From an uncultured Chloroflexia bacterium (GTDB lineage: Bacteria; Chloroflexota; Limnocylindria; Limnocylindrales; CSP1-4): DNA of 64,000 nt. The stretch is from the NCBI GenBank assembly GCA_963779315.1, contig CAVZXQ010000003.1, forward strand, positions 85,482 to 149,481, given 5' to 3'. The position numbers and the translations under genes are program-made. Numbering within the stretch: the first letter of the stretch is position 1; the number at the start of each line of letters is the position of its first letter. Of the stretch, positions 21,144 through 29,116 are shown piece after piece. The notes under the pieces were generated by a model. The model worked only from the letters and a program-made list of their open reading frames with translations, had not been told where the DNA came from and searched no databases.

Positions 21144-21746
21144 ATGACCGATACCAAGGATCCGCCCGAGACGCGCGTCGTCCTGCCGGTGGACCCGACC
21201 CGCCGGACCGAGATCGACAAGCAGCGCGTCCCGATGTCCGCGCGCCCGTACCGGTTGCTCGCCCTGGTCAAGCAGGACGCGGTCGTGCGGGTCCAGAAGG
21301 AACCCGACGACACGGTCATGACCTGGCCGCACCTGCTCACCATCGAGTTCCTGGCCGCCGGCATGATGAGCATCTTCCTGCTGGCGATGGGCCTGTTCAT
21401 CAACGCTCCGCTGGAGGAGCTGGCGAACGGCAACGTGACGCCGGCCGTCGCCAAGGCCCCCTGGTATTTCCTGGGACTCCAGGAACTGCTGGCCTACTTC
21501 CATCCGACCGTGGCCGGCATGCTCGTGCCTACGTTCGTGCTCGTGGGTGCGGCACTCATCCCGTATGTCGATCGCGGCGATATCCTCGCCACGCGGCCGT
21601 CGCAGCGCAAGACGGCGGTCATGCTGTTCACGATGTTCTGCTGCCTGGGCCTGATCATCACCTTCATCGGGATCTTCTTCCGCGGCCCCGGCTACACCTT
21701 CGTCATCCCGTACGTGACCAGCCCCGGACTCCACTTCGCCCTATGA
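21144..21746 (+). CDS. Cytochrome b6f subunit IV-like protein (C-terminal half of the split cytochrome b)
   Basis: Intact ORF with three TM helices. Qo-loop motif AKAPWYFLGLQELL. Confidence 0.85.
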   Translation: MTDTKDPPETRVVLPVDPTRRTEIDKQRVPMSARPYRLLALVKQDAVVRVQKEPDDTVMTWPHLLTIEFLAAGMMSIFLLAMGLFINAPLEELANGNVTPAVAKAPWYFLGLQELLAYFHPTVAGMLVPTFVLVGAALIPYVDRGDILATRPSQRKTAVMLFTMFCCLGLIITFIGIFFRGPGYTFVIPYVTSPGLHFAL

Positions 21747-21768
21747 CCGGACGAGGAACGACCCGCTC

Positions 21769-22443
21769 ATGAGCAACTACCACGTCGAACCCATCGACAA
21801 GCCCGCCGCGCTCAGCAGCGAGGCGATCAAGGCCCTGCGCAAGGAGCAGGTCCAGGGTCTCTCGAGGCGCCAGCTGCTGCGCAGCGCGATCGGTATCGGG
21901 CTCGGGCTGTGGATCGTCGAGCTCCTCGCCGGGACCCTTGGGTTCCTGTGGCCGAACTTGTCGGGCGGCTTCGGGGCGCCGATCATCATCGGCACGCTCG
22001 ACGACATCAAGGCGCAGAACTCCACGCTGCCGATCGACGAGGGATTCCCGGCCTACTACGCCGAGGCGCGCGCGTTCGTGATGCTCGTCAACGCGGGCCA
22101 GCAGGGGTTCGTCGCCGGCGCCGATACGAGTGGCGATGGCACCGCGCTCAACGTCCGTGCGCTCTACCAGCGCTGCCCGCACCTGGGCTGCAAGCCCAAT
22201 CCGTGCCTGAAGAACTTCTGGCTGGAGTGCCCGTGTCACGGTTCGCGCTACGACCGCCTTGGGATCAAGGCCGCCGGCGAACAGTACGGACCTGCGCCCC
22301 GCAGCATGGACCGGTTCTCGATCGTGGTGGACGGTGAAGGGATCCTTACGGTCAACACCGGCAAGATCACGCTCGGCCCACTGCCGGTGGCGCTCGGCCA
22401 GCCCGGCATCATCCCGCCCCGAACGCCCACCGGGTGCATCTGA
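21769..22443 (+). CDS. Rieske [2Fe-2S] subunit with Tat signal
   Basis: GLSRRQLLRSAIGIGLGLW twin-arginine signal. Cluster boxes CPHLGC and CPCHGS. Confidence 0.9.
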   Translation: MSNYHVEPIDKPAALSSEAIKALRKEQVQGLSRRQLLRSAIGIGLGLWIVELLAGTLGFLWPNLSGGFGAPIIIGTLDDIKAQNSTLPIDEGFPAYYAEARAFVMLVNAGQQGFVAGADTSGDGTALNVRALYQRCPHLGCKPNPCLKNFWLECPCHGSRYDRLGIKAAGEQYGPAPRSMDRFSIVVDGEGILTVNTGKITLGPLPVALGQPGIIPPRTPTGCI

Positions 22444-23540
22444 CGATGACAGAAGAACAGGATCCGCAGCAGCGGCTGCCGGCCACGCGGCCGCAGGATG
22501 AGGCAGCGCCGGTCGAGCAATTCACCGCTGCGCCCCCGGTCCTGAAGGTGGACCTGCCGCCGGAACGCGCCGCGCAGATCGTCCGCCAGTCGTCCAACGC
22601 CCGATGGGTCGCCTTTCTGGCCGTGGTCATCGTGGTGCTGTTCGTTGCCCTGTACTGGTTCTACGAGCTTGGTGGTCCCCTCGGCGTGACCCAGTCGCGC
22701 CTGATCGCTGAGGCCGATGCCCAGCAGGTGACCAAGGTCGAACGTGGCTACAACATCTTCCAGGCCAACTGCGCACGCTGCCACGGTGTCAATGGCGAAG
22801 GTGGCATCGGCCCGATCCTGAACGATCAGGCGAAGCTCTACCAGCACCTCAACGCGGACTACCTGAACACCGTCCTGGTCGCCGGTGGGCGGTATGTCTG
22901 CGGCAACGCCCTGTCGCAGATGCCGGTCTGGTCCAACACCGCGACGCCGCCAGGTCCCCTCAACTACGTCCAGATCGAGGACCTGATCGAGTTCATGCGG
23001 GCGCCCAACACGCAGACGTACACGATCCGCGATCCGGACCTGCTCGAACCCAAGGTGGACCCGATCACGGGCAAGACCAGGACCTTCACGGGTTGGGTGG
23101 ATCCCACCTACAAGCCGGCGCCAGGGGCGACCCCGTTCCCGGCCTGCTGGTCGACTGCCCTTACGACCCCAGCCTCGCCGGCCCCGTCCGGTGGGACCGG
23201 GTCCCCGGCTCCATCCGGCGATGTCACCTCGCCGGCGCCGTCTGACGGGGGCGGAGGGACGGTCACGCTCAACCTTGCGGCCCCGAATGCGGCCGGGTTC
23301 GACCTGACCGAATTGGCGGCCCCGGCCGACGAGATCTTCTACATCCTGTTCTCGAACAACGACCCGGGCGTCCCGCACAACGTGGCCATCAAGGACGCCT
23401 CTGGCTCCGTGATGTTCCAGGGTGAGATCTTCAATGGGGTCGGCACCCGCGAGTACGAAGTGCCCGCACTCCCTGCCGGGACCTACACCTACGTGTGCAG
23501 CGTGCACCTGAACATGACGGGGACCCTGACGGTCAACTAG
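22434..23540 (+). CDS. Membrane-anchored monohaem cytochrome c fused to a C-terminal type-1 copper (cupredoxin) domain
   Basis: TM helix WVAFLAVVIVVLFVALYWF. Haem site ANCARCHG with LSQMPVW. Pro/Ser linker. Cupredoxin ligands PHNVAI and YVCSVHLNMTG. Confidence 0.8.
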   Translation: MHLTMTEEQDPQQRLPATRPQDEAAPVEQFTAAPPVLKVDLPPERAAQIVRQSSNARWVAFLAVVIVVLFVALYWFYELGGPLGVTQSRLIAEADAQQVTKVERGYNIFQANCARCHGVNGEGGIGPILNDQAKLYQHLNADYLNTVLVAGGRYVCGNALSQMPVWSNTATPPGPLNYVQIEDLIEFMRAPNTQTYTIRDPDLLEPKVDPITGKTRTFTGWVDPTYKPAPGATPFPACWSTALTTPASPAPSGGTGSPAPSGDVTSPAPSDGGGGTVTLNLAAPNAAGFDLTELAAPADEIFYILFSNNDPGVPHNVAIKDASGSVMFQGEIFNGVGTREYEVPALPAGTYTYVCSVHLNMTGTLTVN

Positions 23541-23580
23541 CGCTTCACCGGTTCGGCCGGTGCCTGAGGGATGGAGGAAC

Positions 23581-25033
23581 ATGGCGCAGCAGGCGCTCGG
23601 AGCGGGAACAGCCATACCGCGCAAGCGGGTCGTCTTCGGCCTGCTCGACGCGGACGGATGGGCCTGGGCCGGACTCAAGGCGTTCTTCTGGCTGATCGTC
23701 ATCATCTTCATGCTCGGCTACCTCCCGGACCGCGCCTACTACTTCACGGTGGGCCGGACCGTGGACCTTGGCGTCCTCGCTGGGCGCCCGATCAATGCCT
23801 GCCCGCCGACCAATCGAGACACTCCCGTGTCCGCCTCCCACCGGCGCGATCATCCCGTGGCAGCTGGCGCCCGAGGAGCTCAACTTGCCGGCCGCCAGGA
23901 CCGGTGGTTCGATCATCCAGAACGGCACGACCCTGCTCTACATCGGCGGCTCTGATGGGCAGACCGCGGTGGATACGGTCTACGTCTCCACGGTCTCGGG
24001 CACCGGCAACTTCGACAAGTGGACGGACGGGCCCAAGCTCCCGGCGCCGCGGTCCGGGGCCAGCGTCGCGTTCGTGGCCGGCAGCATCTACGTCATCGGT
24101 GGCCGCGATGCCGCGGGCGTCCCGACCGACACCATCTTCGCGCTCAACCCAGACCCCAAGACCGGCGCACTCGGCGAGTGGAAGCCGACGGATCTCGTCC
24201 TGCCTGAGGGTCGAGCCGATGCGGCAGGTGTCGTCTCGACGACCGGTCTCCTGTTGATCGGTGGATCGAACGCGGACGGACCGGTCAACACGACCTGGAA
24301 GTCTGTGCCGACATCCACCGGCGCCCTGGGAGCGTGGCAGGTCGAGGCGCCACTGCTATTCCCGCAGACGAACGCCGCCGCGGCGGTCGTCGGCGACTAC
24401 GTGTGGCTGTACGGCGGCAGTGACGCCAACGGACCGGTCGGCGCCGTCCAGCGAGGCACATTCGGCGCCCCGGCCCCCGAAGGGTTCCCGATCGATCCGA
24501 ACGAAGGCAAGGTCACCGAGTGGGCAGTGAGCGACTCGGCGAACCTGCCGGTGGCACGGACCGAGGCTTCCGGATGGAGCGCCAACGGTGCGATCTACCT
24601 TGCCGGCGGGTCCGACGGGACCGCCCCGCAGAGCCAGGTCTACTGGGCGATCCCGACGACGGACGGCAACATCCCGGAGTGGAAGCACCTTGACGTCAGC
24701 GACCTGCCGGCCGGCGGTCTCGCCGGCGCCGCTCCGGTGCTGCTCGGACCGGAGATCGTGCTGGTCGGCGGCACGACCTCCACGGGCGTCGTGGACTCGA
24801 GTATCCGGGCCAACACGGCTCCGCAGTCGCCGTTCTTCTCGCTCGGGGTCCTTGGCGCGACGGTCCCCGGCCTCAAGCTGGATGGCGAGATCGGTCAGCA
24901 GCTGGGCTACACGGCCGCCGCCACGGTCGGGATGGCCAACTTCGCGATCCTGGTCTTCATCGGCTGGGTGTTCGCGCACAAGACGCAGGCCACCGCGATG
25001 TTCCATCGGCTCCGGCGGCGCGGCAAGCGCTGA
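23581..25033 (+). CDS. Kelch-repeat beta-propeller protein with N- and C-terminal TM helices (one frame change near 23815)
   Basis: SD ggaggaa 23573..23579 and ATG 23581. N-terminal TM helix AFFWLIVIIFMLGYL (ORF 23560..23955). Repeats LLYIGGSDG, IYVIGGRDA, LLLIGGSNADG, VWLYGGSDANG, IYLAGGSDG, VLVGGTTSTG. C-terminal TM helix MANFAILVFIGWVF (ORF 23768..25033). Confidence 0.7.
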
Positions 25034-25034
25034 C

Positions 25035-25406
25035 CTAGTCGGTCGGGAGATCGCCCTCGCCCGGTGAGGGCCGGCCGCGCAGGATCGGCAGGCCCGCACG
25101 TTCCCAGGCGGCCATGCCGCCGGCCACGTTGACCACGTCGGTCCGGCCCGTCCGCATGAGGTAGCTGGTGACGGCCGCGGACCGGCCGCCCGAGTGGCAG
25201 ATGACCAGGATCGGTCGGTCCGTCGGCAGCTCCGCGAGCCGAGCCATGAACTGCGACGTCGGCACGAGGGCGGCACCGGGCGCGCGCACGTCGCTGAACT
25301 CATTCGGTTCGCGGACATCGAGCAGCAGCGGCCGGTCCGTGTCCTCGCGCAGGCGGCGGTCGGCCTCGTGGACATCGACGGTCGGCAGGGCGACGGGTTG
25401 GGTCAT
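25035..25406 (-). CDS. Single-domain rhodanese-like sulfurtransferase
   Basis: Intact ORF. LLDVREPNEF and active-site loop ICHSGGRSA. Confidence 0.85.
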   Translation of the reverse strand: MTQPVALPTVDVHEADRRLREDTDRPLLLDVREPNEFSDVRAPGAALVPTSQFMARLAELPTDRPILVICHSGGRSAAVTSYLMRTGRTDVVNVAGGMAAWERAGLPILRGRPSPGEGDLPTD

Positions 25407-25844
25407 CGGGTCTGCCTCACGCTCAGATCGAGTTCGATCAGTGGCCGGCGGCCACCGAAACCGGAGTCGAGGTCATGCCAGAAGTGGATGGCGTCCTCGT
25501 CCCGCCGCCAGCACAGCCACACCTGGCGACCGTTGACCAGCGCCGGGAAGTCGACCAGCCCGGTCGGGATGTCGCGCAGGGCGATGCCGAGCTCGTCGAT
25601 GCGCGCGACGCCGGCGGCCATCTGGTCGATGAGGCCCTGCATCCGCAGCCGGGTCAGTCGCAGGTCGTCCGCCACGGCCGGCCCTGCCTCCACGCCCTCG
25701 GCGCCGCCCGTCCCAGCGCCGTGGGCCAGGACGCGGTCGCGCAGGCGGACCAGTTCGGCCCGCTGGTCGACGAGCGTGGTCGAGGATCGGCCCGAGCTCC
25801 GCCAGGGTCGCGTTCGCGTCGTCGATGTCGTAGAAGCGGCTCAT
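25403..25844 (-). pseudogene. DUF2203-like protein, two frame changes
   Basis: ATG 25844 MSRFYDIDDANATLAELGPIL (inside ORF 25473..26717). C-terminal LVDFPALVNGRQVWLCWRRDEDAIHFWHDLDSGFGGRRP (ORF 25403..25693). Its stop overlaps the rhodanese start (ATGA). Confidence 0.5.
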
Positions 25845-25916
25845 CGGACCGGATTCTAGCCGGACCAGCGCGTACCATCGTGGCGTGGCCGAATCCGGCC
25901 GATCCATGGAGGTCGA

Positions 25917-26838
25917 GTGATGCGTCGGGTGTTCCTCTGGGCGGCGCGGAATCAGTGGCTGCGGGAGCGCCTGCCGCGGATGCGATTCATGCGGCGGGCC
26001 GTGCGCCGGTTCATGCCCGGCGAGACGCTCGACGACGCGCTCGCCGCCGGCGTTCCCCTCGAACGCCTCGGCATCACCACGATGTACACCCGGCTCGGCG
26101 AGAACCTCACGAGCGTCGCGGAGGCCGATGCGATCGTCGCCCACTACATCGAGGTGATCGACCGGATCAAGGCGTCCGGGATGCAGGGCGAGATCTCGGT
26201 GAAGCCCACCCAGCTCGGCCTGGACCTCGATGCCGACATCTGCCTCGCGCACCTGGTGACCCTGGCGAACCACGCGGCCGCTGCCGGCATCTACCTGTGG
26301 GTCGACATGGAGGCGAGCGCGTACGCCGAGTCCACCATCGTCCTGTACGAGCGTCTGCGGGCGGTCGCCCCCGAGACCGGGATCTGCCTGCAGGCCTACC
26401 TGCGCCGAAGCGCGGCGGATGTCCAGCGACTGCTCCCGCTCGATCCGGCGATCCGCCTGGTCAAGGGCGCCTACGACGAGCCCGAGGCGATCGCGTTCCG
26501 CGACAAGCGGGCGGTGGACGCGAACTTCGCCGGGCTGGCCATCCGGTTCCTGCTGGATGGCCGCGGCCGTCCGATCAAGCTGGGTCTCGGCACCCATGAC
26601 GTGGGGCTCATCGAGCAGATCGCCGAGCAGGTCGGCCAGGCCGGGATCGGTCGTGACGCGTACGAGGTCCAGATGCTCTACGGCATCCGCGAGGACCAGC
26701 AGAAGCGCCTCCGTCAAGGAGGGCTACAAGGTCCGGTCGCTCATCGCCTACGGTGAATACTGGTACCCGTGGTACATGCGGCGACTCGCCGAGCGGCCGG
26801 CCAACGTCTGGTTCGCCCTGCGCCAGATGCTGCCGTAG
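25917..26838 (+). CDS. Monofunctional proline dehydrogenase (one frame change near 26710)
   Basis: ORF 25917..26756: SVKPTQLGLD, LWVDMEAS, CLQAYLRRS, IRLVKGAY, GLGTHD. C-terminus KEGYKVRSLIAYGEYWYPWYMRRLAERPANVWF in ORF 26419..26838. Confidence 0.8.
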
Positions 26839-26869
26839 TCACAACCGCTCCGAAGGGAGGACTGGACCC

Positions 26870-27418
26870 GTGACGGACCCGGATGCCGCGATCCAGAACC
26901 AGATCCGCAACATCGAGACGAGCACCGGCCGATCGATGGACGAGTGGGTCGCGCTCGTCGGAGCGAGCGGGAAGTCGAAGCACGGCGAGATCGTCGCCTG
27001 GCTCAAGACCGAGCACGGGATGAGCCACGGCAACGCGAACCGGGTCGCCCTGATCGCCCTGCGTGGTCCGGACGCTCCGGAAGGCGACGACCTGGTCGGC
27101 GCGATCTACAGCGGCCCCAAGGCCGGCCTTCGAGGATTCCACGACCAGGTCATCGCCACGGCGACGGGCTTCGGTGGCGACGTCCAGCTTGCCCCGAAGC
27201 AGTCGTACGTGAGCCTGCGACGCGCGAAGCAGTTCGCGACCGTCGGGCCGGCGTCCGGCGGACGTCTCGAGGTCGGTCTGAACCTCAAGGACGTTGCGCC
27301 GACGGGTCGGCTCGAGGCTGGCGGCGGCATGTGCACGCATCGCGTCCGGCTGAGCGACCCGGCCGAGTTCGACGACGAGGTCATCGGCTGGTTGCACGAG
27401 GCGTACGACCGGGCCTGA
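26870..27418 (+). CDS. DUF4287/DUF5655 domain protein
   Basis: SD gggagg 26855..26860 and GTG 26870. IRNIETSTGRSMDEWVALVGASGKSKHGEIVAWLKTEHGMSHGNANRV matches my memory of the DUF4287 pattern. Confidence 0.6.
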   Translation: MTDPDAAIQNQIRNIETSTGRSMDEWVALVGASGKSKHGEIVAWLKTEHGMSHGNANRVALIALRGPDAPEGDDLVGAIYSGPKAGLRGFHDQVIATATGFGGDVQLAPKQSYVSLRRAKQFATVGPASGGRLEVGLNLKDVAPTGRLEAGGGMCTHRVRLSDPAEFDDEVIGWLHEAYDRA

Positions 27419-27446
27419 TCGGCGGGCTGTCGGGTACCCTGTCGCT

Positions 27447-27521
27447 GGGCCGGTAGCTCAGCGGCAGAGCACGGGACTTTTAATCCCTTGGTCGTGGGTT
27501 CGAATCCCACCCGGCTCGCCA
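27447..27521 (+). tRNA. tRNA-Lys (anticodon UUU), CCA encoded
   Basis: Acceptor stem gggccgg/ccggctc. D-arm tagctcagcggcagagca. Anticodon loop cTTTTAa. T-arm gtgggttcgaatcccac. 3' gCCA. Confidence 0.9.
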
Positions 27522-27551
27522 AGGCGCCTAGCGTGGCTGGGTGTGGTGCCT

Positions 27552-27776
27552 TCAGGACTCCTGCGAGACCGGCGGGATCAGGTCGTGGATGGTCGCCTCA
27601 AGGTCAGCCAGTTCGCCCCTGGTGCATGAGAGCCAGAGCGCCCAGTCGCCGGCGTCCGTGGCGATATAGAACTGGACGCAGACCACATCTTCGGCGCCCG
27701 GGTCGGCGCTCACCATCTCAAGGCGGAGCGCCTCGCCGATCGGGAGCTCGACGCGCCCCAGGGAGACGACCCTCAT
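27552..27776 (-). CDS. Small hypothetical protein
   Basis: Inner ATG 27776 of ORF 27552..27929: MRVVSLGRVELPIGEALRLEMVSADPGAEDVVCVQFYIATDAGDWALWLSCTRGELADLEATIHDLIPP. No motif recognised. Confidence 0.3.
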   Translation of the reverse strand: MRVVSLGRVELPIGEALRLEMVSADPGAEDVVCVQFYIATDAGDWALWLSCTRGELADLEATIHDLIPPVSQES

Positions 27777-27958
27777 CCCCGCCGCATCCGGGAACACACC
27801 GTATCGCCACTGCCGCGGTAGCGTCGTGGGAGACTCGCTCAAATCCCGTCCTCCTTCAAGTCTGGCTGGATGGCCATCTGGGACACGCCCGGGTCCGCCC
27901 CGGATCCTTGACCGCGACGTCGCTGCCATGATGACGCCTCACCCGGCATACTGCGGAC

Positions 27959-28165
27959 ATGCCCTTCAGGTTGCTCCGGCTGTTCTTTCTCCGGTTCCTG
28001 CCACGACGTCTGTTCGCGGTCGTGACCATCATCGAGTTCGTCATGCTCGCGCGACGGCTGTACCGGGCCGCGGCCATCCCGCCCAGACCCGGCCCTCGAG
28101 TGGTCGGTCGGAGCGGATTCGATGATGATCCGGCGGACGTGATCGAGCCCCGCCGGCACGCCTGA
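27959..28165 (+). CDS. Small hypothetical membrane protein
   Basis: 68-codon ORF with high third-position GC and a hydrophobic core LFAVVTIIEFVML. Lies directly upstream of the 28216 membrane protein gene. Confidence 0.35.
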   Translation: MPFRLLRLFFLRFLPRRLFAVVTIIEFVMLARRLYRAAAIPPRPGPRVVGRSGFDDDPADVIEPRRHA

Positions 28166-28215
28166 GCGGCCGCCGTTCGATCGACTGGCGTTCCGATCGT
28201 GTCCCATTCGCTATC

Positions 28216-28938
28216 GTGGGTCTGATGACCCTCTGGCGCGCCCACCCTCGGCGAGTGGCACTGCTGCTGTCGGGGGCGATGTTCCTGTTGCCTGTGCTCA
28301 CGGCGCTCGTCGTCCCGCGCCCGCTGGAGCAGCCCTTCGGCGTCGACTTCATCCTGTATCGCGACGCCGCCGCGCGCTGGCTGGCCGGGGGTCCGTACTT
28401 CGAGCCGTACCAGCTCGCCGGTCCGTACCCGATCACGGCCGGCGACGTCCTGTACCCGCCGGTCGCGCTGTGGCTGTTCGTGCCGTTCACGGTCCTGCCC
28501 GCGGTCCTGTGGTGGGCGGTCCCGATCGGGGTCACGGCGTGGGCGGTGTGGCGGTTGCGGCCGGGGCCGGCGTGGTGGCCGCTGATCGCGCTATGCGTGG
28601 CGTGGCCCACGACCGTGCTCAAGACCTGGACCGGCAATCCGGTCATCTGGAGCGTGACGGCGCTGTCGTTCGGGGTCATCTACTGGTGGCCTTCGGTGTT
28701 CGTGCTGCTCAAGCCGAGCCTCTTTCCGTTCGCCCTGTTCGGCGCGAACCGTCGCAGCTGGTGGATCGCGCTGGCGGTCTTCGTCGTGATGTGCCTCCCG
28801 TTCGGGGCGATGTGGGGGGAGTGGGTCACCTCGCTGTCGAACTCGACCGGCGGCGGCCTCCTGTACTCGACGCTGGAGATCCCGATGCTGCTGATCCCGC
28901 TGGTGGCCTGGCTCGGGCGCTCCGACAGATCGCGCTGA
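28216..28938 (+). CDS. Polytopic integral membrane protein of unknown function
   Basis: Intact 240-aa ORF with about 7 hydrophobic helices rich in Trp/Pro (VLPAVLWWAVPIGVTAWAVW, WWPLIALCVAWPTTV, VIYWWPSVFVLLKPSLFPFALF). Confidence 0.55.
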   Translation: MGLMTLWRAHPRRVALLLSGAMFLLPVLTALVVPRPLEQPFGVDFILYRDAAARWLAGGPYFEPYQLAGPYPITAGDVLYPPVALWLFVPFTVLPAVLWWAVPIGVTAWAVWRLRPGPAWWPLIALCVAWPTTVLKTWTGNPVIWSVTALSFGVIYWWPSVFVLLKPSLFPFALFGANRRSWWIALAVFVVMCLPFGAMWGEWVTSLSNSTGGGLLYSTLEIPMLLIPLVAWLGRSDRSR

Positions 28939-29116
28939 CGGAGCGCCGCGCCGCCGCCGAGGTGCACCCGAACCGCAATGTCCGGCCGCCGGACGGTCGC
29001 ACCCGGCACCGAACTGCCACCTTTTCGCCCTGACCTGGGGTGCGGACCGGCACCCACTCCGTCCGTAGCGTTGCGCCACGTCCCATGTGCCCTTGGACGG
29101 ACCTGGAGGAGCAGAG

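Noticed and set aside
27522-28215. Integrated mobile element at tRNA-Lys (and similarly at tRNA-fMet, 44250..44342)
   Set aside because: There is no integrase, recombinase or phage gene and no visible duplication of the tRNA 3' end. The tRNA-fMet is followed by an ordinary terminator and housekeeping-type genes.
28950-29060. Repeated CACCCGAAC / CACCGAAC motifs and a GTCCGG-CCG-CCGGAC hairpin upstream of amtB, considered as GlnR/NtcA-type nitrogen boxes
   Set aside because: The spacing and sequence do not fit the gTnAc-n6-GaAAc GlnR consensus or the GTA-n8-TAC NtcA consensus as I remember them. Two short GC-rich repeats are expected by chance at this composition.
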